Assembly: GCA_964467385.1 (NCBI GenBank)
Contig: CAYXQC010000001.1
Location: 71,896 to 135,895 of the forward strand
Source: an uncultured Candidatus Saccharibacteria bacterium
GTDB lineage: Bacteria > Patescibacteriota > Minisyncoccia > Phycocordibacterales > CAIZLB01
Direction: 5' to 3'
DNA: 64,000 nucleotides
Below are positions 47,901 through 56,465 of the stretch, piece by piece. Each line of letters opens with the position of its first letter. The first letter of the stretch is position 1. A program made the position numbers and the translations under genes. A model generated the notes under the pieces. The model was not told the origin of the DNA. It saw only the letters and a list, made by a program, of their open reading frames with translations, and made no database searches.

Positions 47901-48188
47901 GCTCAAGGAGGAGGTCAGCGATTTGGAGAAATGGAAGTGTGGGCGCTCGCCGGATATGGTGCCGCTCATACACTTCGGGAAATGCTCACTATTAAGTCTG
48001 ACGACATCCAGGGACGATCTCAGGCCTTTGACTCTATTGTAAAAGGTCAGAAACTTCTCGAACCAAATACACCAGCATCATTCAACGTACTTCTCGCGAA
48101 CCTTCGAGGCCTCGGTATTGATGTTGAACTTATGAAAGAAACAGAAGATGGTCAAATTATTACTACTGATGAAGTCGCATCAGAATAA
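44994..48188 (+). CDS. rpoB: RNA polymerase beta subunit
   Basis: GTFIINGIER, DDIDHLG, RALMGSNMQKQA, GDKLAGRHGNKG and GGQRFGEMEVWAL. Confidence 0.99.
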   Translation: MTRQKKYFSRFKEPLAPLPNLVEGQLESYKWLLEKGLKDVFDEFVSIKDYSDKKFELDFTSFELTKPKYDEFYAKENKINYEGGLKVMIKLKNKILGSTKEQEVFMADFPLMTDHGTFIINGIERLIVPQIIRSYGAFFVSTETKGKNYFGAKIIPARGAWIELESDADGAIYVRIDRKRKFPVTSLLRAFGAETDSDIKALFKGNENATSYIETSLAKDHAKTKDEAYIEIHKRLRDGDLATAENARDFFVSLMGPERYDLSRVGRFRFNQRFEKEMDEKSLSKMTLSLEDIAATISKIIELNHNPNAINDDIDHLGSRRVRFVGELLQQKIRVGMTQIKRNIQNRMSTIDTDASLPVQFVSPRPLQARIKEFFTTNQLSQFMSQENILAEIEHLRRISALGQGGLTRERAGIEVRDVHASHYGRICPIHTPEGQNIGLVLQLATYARINHFGMIETPYAKVKDGKITKEIVYLNALEEEGFKIAHAATEYDEKGLITEKRVEVRLKGEPIIVDREEIDYVDVAPEQAYSVSTSMIPFVNHNDANRALMGSNMQKQATPCIVPEAPLVATGIESKAAEDTGRVILAPEDGTIETVDASRIVLKGAKKEHEYKLATYSRTNQFTASHQRPTVSLGQKVKRGDVLADTSTSVDGQMALGQNCLVAFMTWSGSNYEDAIILSERLVKDSKFTTVHIEEFVINVRDTKLGPEVTTHDIPNVGEGRLKNLDVDGIVRVGAEVRPGDILVGKITPKTETQLTPEERLLRSIFGEKSRDVKDTSKRLENGKKGRVIGVKIFSREKGDKLDSGILKRIHIEVAVLRNVSVGDKLAGRHGNKGVISRILPVEDMPYMADGTPVDVILTPLGVPSRMNLGQILELHLGLAAHTLNYQAIVPPFVGATVDEVKKELVKAGYNESGKMKLFDGRTGEQFAQDIAVGYMYILKLHHMVDDKIHMRSIGPYSLITQQPLGGKAQGGGQRFGEMEVWALAGYGAAHTLREMLTIKSDDIQGRSQAFDSIVKGQKLLEPNTPASFNVLLANLRGLGIDVELMKETEDGQIITTDEVASE

Positions 48189-48263
48189 ATCAATCGAATA
48201 ATCTATACACATAACGCATACGCATTAGCACAACGTGAATAAATAGAAAAAACGAAAAAATAT

Positions 48264-51200
48264 ATGAAACCATCATTCAACACAAAACAGAAACATACGA
48301 TTGACGAATTTGATGCGGTTATTTTGAAGCTTGCTTCACCTGATCGAATCCGAGATTGGTCACATGGAGAAGTTACAAAGCCTGAGACGATGAACTATCG
48401 AACTCAGCGATCTGAAAAGAACGGTCTTTTCGATGAAAAAATCTTCGGTCCAGAACGAGATTACGAATGTTACTGTGGAAAATATAAAGGCATTCGATAT
48501 AAGGGAATTGTCTGTGAAAAATGTGGAGTAGAGCTCACACGATCAATCGTTCGACGAGAACGAATGGGTCATATTGAACTTTGTGTTCCTGTTGCTCACA
48601 TCTGGTACCTTCGAACTATGCCATCAAGAGTAGCTACTATTCTTGGTATGAACGCGGCTGAGATTGAAAAAGTAGTGTACTTTGCTGGTTACCTTATCAC
48701 TAAAGTAAATAAGGATAACAAAGCATCACTCCTCCAGGAACTCGACAACGAATACAAGAACAAAGTTAAATCTCTTCAGGATGAAAAATCAAAAGAAGCT
48801 CTTACTGAACTTCTTATGGGTGCAAAACGAGATATTGAAAGCATCACAGAAGGACGAGTACTTGATGAAGTTGAATATCACAAATTCTCATTGAAATACG
48901 GTACAGCTTTCGAAGCAAACATTGGTGCAGAAGCGGTATACGAAATTTTCAAAAATCTTGATACTAAAAAACTTCTTGCTGAACTTGAAGGTCAAATGCA
49001 GAAAGTTTCTGCAGCAGATCGAGAAAAACTTTTCCGACGAGTGAGCCTTCTTAAATCAATGTCACGATCAGGTATTCGACCTGAGTGGATGTTCATCAAT
49101 GCTCTTCCTGTTATTCCAGCAGCACTCCGACCTATGGTCGCCCTTGAAGGAGGTCGACATGCGACATCTGATGTGAACGATTTATATCGACGAGTAATCA
49201 ACCGAAACAATCGATTGAAGAAACTCAAAGAAATCAGCGCACCTGATGTAATTCTTCGAAACGAAAAGCGAATTCTCCAAGAAGCTGTTGATGCCCTTAT
49301 CGACAACTCAATTCGACACGGATCAACTGTGTACGCAGGTCTCAACATCGCACAGCGACGACCGCTCAAGTCTCTTGCTGACAACCTTAAGGGTAAGCGA
49401 GGTCTATTCCGACAGAATCTTCTCGGTAAGCGAGTAGACTATTCTGGACGATCTGTAATCGTAGTAGGTCCTGAACTCAAATTGAACCAGTGTGGTCTTC
49501 CAAAGCACATGGCACTTGAACTCTTCCGACCATTCGTTATTTCAGAACTCTTGAAGCGAGAAATGGCATTCAATATTCGAGGAGCATCACGACTTATCGA
49601 TGATGGTATTCCAGAGGTGTGGGCGATTCTTGAACAAGTGATTCAGAACAAGCGAGTACTCCTAAACCGTGCTCCGACACTTCACCGACTTTCTATTCAG
49701 GCTTTCAAACCTGTACTTATCGAAGGTAATGCTATCCAGGTACACCCACTCGTATGTTCACCATTCAACGCGGACTTCGACGGTGACACCATGGCCGTTC
49801 ACGTTCCACTTTCAGAAGAAGCTCAGAAAGAAGCTGAAATGATTATGGAATCTTCAAAGAACATCTTGAAACCTGGTTCTGGTGACTCAACAGTTACAAA
49901 GAAAATGCTCGACATCGTTCTTGGTTCATACTGGATGACAAAGAATGTGAAAGGCGAAGTGGGCGAAGGAAAAGTATTTGGTAGCCCAGAAGAGGCGATT
50001 ACTGCGCAAGCATATGGAATTGTTTCTTACCGAGCAGCTATCAAAGTTCGAACTCCAAAAGAAGGCGAACTTGCTACAAAATACAAAGAATTTGACGGAC
50101 AGATTATCGATACAACCGTTGGACGAATTCTTTTCAACAACTTGTTGCCACTCGATTACCCATTCATCAATAAAGAAATCACAAACTCTGTGATGAACTC
50201 TATTATGGATGACATTATTACGCACCGAACGCTTGAAAATGTGCACGAACTTATCGACGCCATCAAGGCATTCGGATTCAAGTACGTAACACAGTCTGGT
50301 GTCACATGGTCAATCGACGACATTAACGTTCCGGCAGGGAAAGAAACTCTTGTAGAAGCTGCAGCGAAGAAGTCAGAAGCAGTTATCAACGAGTACAACG
50401 ACGGTCTTCTTTCTGAAGAAGAAAAGACTCGAAAGAATGTTGAAATCTGGCAGGAAGCTAAGTCTGATGTTGAAAAACTCGTAGATCAAGCACTCGATAA
50501 TACGAGCCCTGTATACGACATGGTGAAGTCAGGTGCCCGAGGTACCATGGGTAACCTTACACAGATGGTAGGTATGAAAGGTTTGATCTCAAACGCGCAA
50601 GGTGAAACGATCGAACTTCCTATTACTTCATCATTCAAAGAAGGTCTTACACCGATTGAATACTTCATTACAACTCACGGTGCGCGAAAAGGTATGACGG
50701 ACACAGCCCTAAACACGGCGCGAGCGGGTTACCTTACACGACGACTCTTCGTAGTTGCGCAAAGCGTAATGATTACAGAAGAAGATTGTGGATCAAAGGA
50801 AGGTGTTGTTATTCACAAAGTCGGTGCGTCTGGAATCACAACTTCACTCGTTAAAAGCGTTACAGGACGAATCCTTTCAAAAGATCTCGTTGATGGTACA
50901 GGTACAGTTCTCTTCAAAAAAGACCACCTTGTAACAAAAGATGATGCCGGCGTGATGGAAAAATCAGGCATCAACGAAGTGTGGGTACGATCACCACTTA
51001 CATGTAAAACTGAGCAGGGTATCTGTACACAGTGTTATGGATATGACCTCGGACGAAACAAGCTCGTTGAAGTGGGTGAAGCGGTCGGAACTGTAGCCGC
51101 ACAGGCGATTGGTGAACCAGGTACTCAGCTTACAATGCGTACATTCCACGCCGGAGGTGTAGCGACAGTAGGTGGAGACATTACAGCCGGTCTTCCTCGA

Positions 51201-51974
51201 GTAGAAGAAATCTTCGACAACCGAACTCCAAAGAATCCTGCAATCATCGCTGGCTTTGACGGTGTGATTACAGATATCAAGGAAGTAAACAAAGAACGAG
51301 TTATCAAACTTCTTCCAGATGTTCCGACAAAATCTAAGAAGGGTAGCGAAGTAGAATATGTATTCCACTACGCTCGAACTCCGATTGTGAAAATGGGTCA
51401 GCATGTGTCAAAGGGCGATTTCCTCACTGATGGTTCTGCCGATCTCGAAGAACTCTTCCAGCTTGGTGGTAAAGAACGAGCTCAGGAATACATCATTGCT
51501 GAAGCGAAGAAAATTTACGAACTTCAGGGTGAAAACGTTTCTCGAAAGCACCTCGAAGTAGTTGTGCGAGAAATGTTCGGCCGAGTACGAGTTACAGAAG
51601 CTGGAGATTCTCCATTCGCAGTCGGTGACTATGTTGAAAAGTTTGAATTCGATCAGGCTAATCGACGGGTGAAGATAGATGGCGGTCTCGAGGCAAAAGC
51701 TTCACCAGTTGTCATGGGTATTGCAGAAGCATCACTTAACCGAAGAAGCTTCCTTTCAGCTGCTTCATTCCAACACACAAACCGAATGCTCATATCTGCA
51801 TCTGTAAAAGCAAACAAAGATCCACTCTACGGTATTATGGAAAACGTAATCATCGGACGATTGATCCCGGCTGGTACAGGTTTCAAGGGAAGCAAAAAGT
51901 ACGAAATGATTGAAGAATTCAAGGCTGAAACTATGGCCGAGGATGCATTGTCATCTGGCGAAGTGGTGGCATAA
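48264..51974 (+). CDS. rpoC: RNA polymerase beta' subunit
   Basis: Zn finger CYCGK...CEKC, LLGKRVDYSGRSVI, NADFDGD and GEPGTQLTMRTFH. Confidence 0.99.
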   Translation: MKPSFNTKQKHTIDEFDAVILKLASPDRIRDWSHGEVTKPETMNYRTQRSEKNGLFDEKIFGPERDYECYCGKYKGIRYKGIVCEKCGVELTRSIVRRERMGHIELCVPVAHIWYLRTMPSRVATILGMNAAEIEKVVYFAGYLITKVNKDNKASLLQELDNEYKNKVKSLQDEKSKEALTELLMGAKRDIESITEGRVLDEVEYHKFSLKYGTAFEANIGAEAVYEIFKNLDTKKLLAELEGQMQKVSAADREKLFRRVSLLKSMSRSGIRPEWMFINALPVIPAALRPMVALEGGRHATSDVNDLYRRVINRNNRLKKLKEISAPDVILRNEKRILQEAVDALIDNSIRHGSTVYAGLNIAQRRPLKSLADNLKGKRGLFRQNLLGKRVDYSGRSVIVVGPELKLNQCGLPKHMALELFRPFVISELLKREMAFNIRGASRLIDDGIPEVWAILEQVIQNKRVLLNRAPTLHRLSIQAFKPVLIEGNAIQVHPLVCSPFNADFDGDTMAVHVPLSEEAQKEAEMIMESSKNILKPGSGDSTVTKKMLDIVLGSYWMTKNVKGEVGEGKVFGSPEEAITAQAYGIVSYRAAIKVRTPKEGELATKYKEFDGQIIDTTVGRILFNNLLPLDYPFINKEITNSVMNSIMDDIITHRTLENVHELIDAIKAFGFKYVTQSGVTWSIDDINVPAGKETLVEAAAKKSEAVINEYNDGLLSEEEKTRKNVEIWQEAKSDVEKLVDQALDNTSPVYDMVKSGARGTMGNLTQMVGMKGLISNAQGETIELPITSSFKEGLTPIEYFITTHGARKGMTDTALNTARAGYLTRRLFVVAQSVMITEEDCGSKEGVVIHKVGASGITTSLVKSVTGRILSKDLVDGTGTVLFKKDHLVTKDDAGVMEKSGINEVWVRSPLTCKTEQGICTQCYGYDLGRNKLVEVGEAVGTVAAQAIGEPGTQLTMRTFHAGGVATVGGDITAGLPRVEEIFDNRTPKNPAIIAGFDGVITDIKEVNKERVIKLLPDVPTKSKKGSEVEYVFHYARTPIVKMGQHVSKGDFLTDGSADLEELFQLGGKERAQEYIIAEAKKIYELQGENVSRKHLEVVVREMFGRVRVTEAGDSPFAVGDYVEKFEFDQANRRVKIDGGLEAKASPVVMGIAEASLNRRSFLSAASFQHTNRMLISASVKANKDPLYGIMENVIIGRLIPAGTGFKGSKKYEMIEEFKAETMAEDALSSGEVVA

Positions 51975-52170
51975 AGTTTGTCGGATTGAGCAATTGCAGA
52001 TTGCGCGCGAGCGCAAAATGATGGGCGCGGGAATGGTCGCAAAATCTAGTCCAGGTACTACGGTCGAATACGGAAATATTTCGCAAAAGAACACAAATTA
52101 ATGCGAAAATTTTAAAAAATATTCGGCCGGTGAGCGTGAACTAGATAAATAATTTACACATATACAAAGA

Positions 52171-53961
52171 ATGTCATCAGCAACTGAAACAATCAAAGAT
52201 CGGCTCGGGATTGTAGAAGTGGTAAGTTCGTATATGAAAATTGATAAGGCTGGCACCAACTACAAGGGCCGGTGTCCTTTTCATCATGAAAAAACGCCGT
52301 CATTTTTTGTATCGCCTGCGCGAAATAGTTATTATTGTTTCGGTTGCGGCGCGAAGGGTGATATTTTTTCATTTGTGCAGGAGTTCGAAAAAGTTGATTT
52401 TCTTGGCTCATTGAAGTTACTTGCAGAAAGAGCTGGTGTTGAGCTTGAACAATTCCGTACCAATAATGGCCAAAAAAGTGAATCGGACCGGCTATATGCA
52501 GTGCTCGAAAAATCTGCTGAATTTTATACTGCAAATTTACTGCGCAATAAAAAAGCTTTGGAATATCTTCACGGTCGAGGTCTTTCAGATAAGATGATTT
52601 CTGATTGGCGAATTGGCTACGCCGAAAATGAATGGCGAAAACTGCATGACATGATGGGTACTAAAAATGTTTCTGATGAAGATATGGAAAAAGTCGGGCT
52701 TATTAAGCGGTCGGAGAAAGAAGTGCCGGGTCGGAGTGTTTCTTTTTATGATCGATTTCGAGCGCGGATCATGTTCCCGCTCTTTGACGCATCGTCGAGA
52801 GTGATTGGATATTCAGGACGAATTTTTGGTGTGCCAGATAGTGAAGGTCCAAAATATTTGAATAGTCCAGATACGCCACTTTTCAACAAATCAGAAATTT
52901 TATACGGCTATCATAAAGCCAAAGAGGGAATTCGCGAGTGGCGATATGCCATCCTTGTAGAAGGTCAAATGGATCTTTTGATGTGTCATCAGCATGGCTT
53001 TACAAATACAGTGGCCACATCAGGTACTTCACTTACGATTCAGCACCTTGAAAAATTAAAGAAAATATCAGATAATCTTATGTTAGTCTATGATGCTGAC
53101 AAAGCGGGACTCAAAGCTACGCTTCGAGCTTGGACTTCAGCTTTGTCGCTTGGTATGGATGTAAAAGTCGCTTCGCTTCCGGCTGGTGAAGACCCTGCAT
53201 CACTTCTTTTGAAAGACAAAGAAGCGTTCAAACAAGCGATTAAACACTCTAAGCACATTATTGATTACTATATCGACATCTTGCTCAAAGAAAATCTTCC
53301 AGAGATTGCCTTCAAGCGAGCAGTCGAAAAAGAAGTATTGCCATATATCGCTGTCATCGACAGTGCTATAGAGCGATCCAATTTCATATCAAAAGTTAGT
53401 CTTAAAACCGGCATATACGAGTCGGATATTCGCGAACAATTAGAAAAAATCAGCGTCAATGGCATCAAGGGTAACAACAGCAATGGCGCTTCAAAATTTG
53501 ATGAAAACAGTACGGCAAAAAGTCATAATCTTCAGGCCGAGTCAGGTACATACAATTTACATATTTCAAAAACATCAACTCCATACAAAGGAGATATCGT
53601 GCTTCGCAGATTAGTCGGATTGGCAATCTGGAAAAAAGATAGGGAAATTATCGAAAAAATAAAACACATCGTATCGCTGGAAGAATATGAGCGAGCGAAA
53701 CAGGATTTTGATTCGCCGCCGGAAGATCTGGTGTTCGAAGCGGAAATGCTCTTCGAGGGAAGTAAGAAAATAGATAAAGATATCGAAGAATTACTTCAAG
53801 AGCTCGAAGAAAGGACACTGAAAGATACTTTATCGAGAGCTATGGCAGATCTCAATCTAGCAGAGAAGAAAAAAGATAAAGCTAAATCAGAGGAGTTGAT
53901 ACGGTTATGTCAGGAAATTTCAATCAAGTTGTCAGAATTGAATCGGAAGAAACAGAATTAG
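52171..53961 (+). CDS. dnaG: DNA primase
   Basis: CPFHHEKTPSF..CFGC zinc finger, PKYLNSPDT, VEGQMD and YDADKAG TOPRIM. Confidence 0.97.
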   Translation: MSSATETIKDRLGIVEVVSSYMKIDKAGTNYKGRCPFHHEKTPSFFVSPARNSYYCFGCGAKGDIFSFVQEFEKVDFLGSLKLLAERAGVELEQFRTNNGQKSESDRLYAVLEKSAEFYTANLLRNKKALEYLHGRGLSDKMISDWRIGYAENEWRKLHDMMGTKNVSDEDMEKVGLIKRSEKEVPGRSVSFYDRFRARIMFPLFDASSRVIGYSGRIFGVPDSEGPKYLNSPDTPLFNKSEILYGYHKAKEGIREWRYAILVEGQMDLLMCHQHGFTNTVATSGTSLTIQHLEKLKKISDNLMLVYDADKAGLKATLRAWTSALSLGMDVKVASLPAGEDPASLLLKDKEAFKQAIKHSKHIIDYYIDILLKENLPEIAFKRAVEKEVLPYIAVIDSAIERSNFISKVSLKTGIYESDIREQLEKISVNGIKGNNSNGASKFDENSTAKSHNLQAESGTYNLHISKTSTPYKGDIVLRRLVGLAIWKKDREIIEKIKHIVSLEEYERAKQDFDSPPEDLVFEAEMLFEGSKKIDKDIEELLQELEERTLKDTLSRAMADLNLAEKKKDKAKSEELIRLCQEISIKLSELNRKKQN

Positions 53962-54063
53962 CGGGTGAGTAGCAAGTAAAATCAAGGCTACAAAGTAGCT
54001 AGAGAAAATTAAAAATTTATTAAAATTATAAAAAAGAATTCGTTACATTTGTCACAAAATAAA

Positions 54064-55353
54064 ATGAAAACAAAACAACCTATAAAAAAGAAAGCTCATA
54101 AGCCAACAGCAAAAGTGTCTAAAAAACCTGCACATAAATCTGTGCCAAAGAATTCTAAACCAGTTAAAAAAACTGCAAAACCTGCTCAGAAAAAAGTTGC
54201 TAAAACTACCGCAAAAGGTAGTGTACAACCGGTGAAAAAGTCTGGCCCACTTACACCAGCGTTGCCACCAAAAAAGAGCAAGGAAGAAATGGCTTGGGAT
54301 TTGAAAGCGAATGTGCTTCTTCAGCGAGGTAAAGATAGGGGTTTTGTGACATACGATGAGATTTTAAAAGAATTTCCAAACATCGAGCTTGATGTGATGT
54401 TTTTGGATTATTTGTATGAAAAATTTTCTACAGCCGGCATCGATATTCTTGAAGGAGGAGGGTTACTTGATTTCAAACAGGAAGAAGAGGATATGCTCAA
54501 GAAATACAGCAAGAGTGATTCTACATATGACTCTATCCAGATGTATTTGAAAGAAATTGGTCAGTATCCTTTGATTGGTGCGCAAGAAGAAAAAGAATTG
54601 GCAAAGCGAATTCAGGCTGGAGACCTAGAAGCAAAAGGTCTTCTTGCAAAAGCGAATCTTCGACTTGTAGTTTCTATTGCTAAAAAATATGCCAATCGAA
54701 GTCCTGACCTTACGCTCCTTGACTTGATTCAGGAAGGTAATCTTGGTCTCTTTAAAGCCGTGGATAAATTCGACTGGTCAAAAGGTTTCAAGTTTTCAAC
54801 ATATGCTACATGGTGGATTCGACAGTCGATCACTCGAGCGCTCGCGGATCAATCACGAACTATTCGAGTTCCAGTTCACATGGTAGAAACGATTGCTAAA
54901 TACAAGCAGGTCGTTCGACGATTGTTCCAAGACCTTGGACGAGAACCACTTCCTGAAGAAATCGCAACAGAAATGGGGCTCGATGTTGATAAAATTTATA
55001 CAATCGAAAAAATCGATCAGAACACGGTGTCACTCGATACTCCTGTGAATGAAGACGATGATAAAGCTTCTGCATTTGGTGACTTTATCGCAGATGATAA
55101 AATCCTTTCTCCAGATCAGGAATCTTCACGGAGAATTCTTGCCGATCAAGTTCAGGAAATCCTCGGCGATCTTTCAGAAAAGGAGCGAGAAATTCTCGCG
55201 CTCCGACATGGCCTCAATGATGGTATCCAACACACACTCGAAGAAGTAGGGAAGATGTTCGGTGTAACTCGAGAGCGAATTCGACAAATTGAAGCCAAGG
55301 CTCATGAAAAAATAAGACAGCATGAGAAGGTAAATCGCCTCAAAAATTACTAA
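54064..55353 (+). CDS. rpoD: Primary sigma factor with Lys/Pro-rich N-terminal extension
   Basis: [45 protein letters not shown] and [10 protein letters not shown]. Confidence 0.97.
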   Translation: MKTKQPIKKKAHKPTAKVSKKPAHKSVPKNSKPVKKTAKPAQKKVAKTTAKGSVQPVKKSGPLTPALPPKKSKEEMAWDLKANVLLQRGKDRGFVTYDEILKEFPNIELDVMFLDYLYEKFSTAGIDILEGGGLLDFKQEEEDMLKKYSKSDSTYDSIQMYLKEIGQYPLIGAQEEKELAKRIQAGDLEAKGLLAKANLRLVVSIAKKYANRSPDLTLLDLIQEGNLGLFKAVDKFDWSKGFKFSTYATWWIRQSITRALADQSRTIRVPVHMVETIAKYKQVVRRLFQDLGREPLPEEIATEMGLDVDKIYTIEKIDQNTVSLDTPVNEDDDKASAFGDFIADDKILSPDQESSRRILADQVQEILGDLSEKEREILALRHGLNDGIQHTLEEVGKMFGVTRERIRQIEAKAHEKIRQHEKVNRLKNY

Positions 55354-55466
55354 TTCCTCGTTCACAAATACTACTCCTACGTGTTCTGGCCTGCTGACCA
55401 GCCACTCTGCTCGGGGCATAACCCCTGTGCAAGGGAGTAGTATTTGTTCATTCTGAATTAATAATT
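55345..55466. other. Structured element downstream of rpoD (long stem, internal bubble, branched cap)
   Basis: Perfect 14-bp inverted repeat ACAAATACTACTCC (55364-55377) / GGAGTAGTATTTGT (55434-55447), an outer 12-bp stem and two internal hairpins. Confidence 0.5.
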
Positions 55467-55553
55467 TTCGCCGTTAGAAAAGAACAAATTAAAAACCCCG
55501 CGAAGCTTTTTTAGGCTAAGCGGGGTTTGTGGTGTCATTTCATGAGCTGTGCT

Positions 55554-56333
55554 TTACCAATCGGAGTCATCATTTCGTCGATCGGTATGTAAGCATTGTC
55601 TTATTGCAAACCAAGACGCACTCTCTTTTGTAATAATGAAAGAGAATATGAGGGTTAAAAGATACGCGATGGTTTCTCTGCCGTTTTCCCAGATGAAATT
55701 CAACATGCGTGTATAAAGCAGATCAAGTACGAGAATTATCATCCCATACAGAATCGTGAATACTACTTTACCTTCTCGGGTTCGCTTTTCTCGCGGAGCG
55801 TGACATGAAGGTATCGATGCTACGCAAAATCCAAGATAAAAGAGCGTGAACGGTACAACCTGGCTAAGATTCATGGTTATGAATTTCGGCAAAGCTGGCA
55901 TTGGATCGAATTGCGCTGCAATAAAAAAAGGAAGACAGAGTAGCCAGAGTACTTTCTCGGATAGATCCGGTGCTAGGCCATGCTTGTTCAGTATGAGTCG
56001 ATCTTCCATGTACAAAACTTGGCGATAATGTGCGAGCTTTGCAATGAAATAGCAGTACATCATTTTGAATACCAGCAGTACGATGCAAATGTTAAAAGCG
56101 CGTACAGCTGATTCTGTATCATTCATTTCGTAGATTTTCAAACATGTTCCAGTGAAAGACTTGAAAGTCAGCACGGCAGAAAAATGCATGATCACAACAG
56201 TAACGAATGCTGGCGTGAATCCAAATCGCCATTCAATTGATTTGATGAGTGGTCTCAAAATCTTCGTAACAAAAACCTGATCAGCCCAGATAATGAGTGA
56301 TGCGACAATGTCAAAAAGTCTGAAAATGTTCAT
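55554..56333 (-). CDS. Orphan polytopic membrane protein
   Basis: 259-aa ORF with about 6-7 hydrophobic segments and its own promoter (TTGACT-18-TATATT on minus strand). No recognisable family. Confidence 0.6.
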   Translation of the reverse strand: MNIFRLFDIVASLIIWADQVFVTKILRPLIKSIEWRFGFTPAFVTVVIMHFSAVLTFKSFTGTCLKIYEMNDTESAVRAFNICIVLLVFKMMYCYFIAKLAHYRQVLYMEDRLILNKHGLAPDLSEKVLWLLCLPFFIAAQFDPMPALPKFITMNLSQVVPFTLFYLGFCVASIPSCHAPREKRTREGKVVFTILYGMIILVLDLLYTRMLNFIWENGRETIAYLLTLIFSFIITKESASWFAIRQCLHTDRRNDDSDW

Positions 56334-56465
56334 ATAAAGCGGGAGGTTTGTTGTTGTAAAAGGGTAAGCGTTGTGCCAACCCGAACTGCGCTGTGGGCAA
56401 TATAAACATTAAAAATTAAAACAGTCAATCCAACAGAAATCAGTCAAACTTGTATACTTACATAC

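Noticed and set aside
30715-47985. Possible CGG reassignment to Gln (CGG falls at usually-Gln sites in LepA IKMRP and RpoB TLREML)
   Set aside because: CGG also encodes invariant Arg in ThrS DLCRGGH, DnaG FRARIMF, LepA TERL/PRQ and RpoB YARIN, so it is standard Arg.
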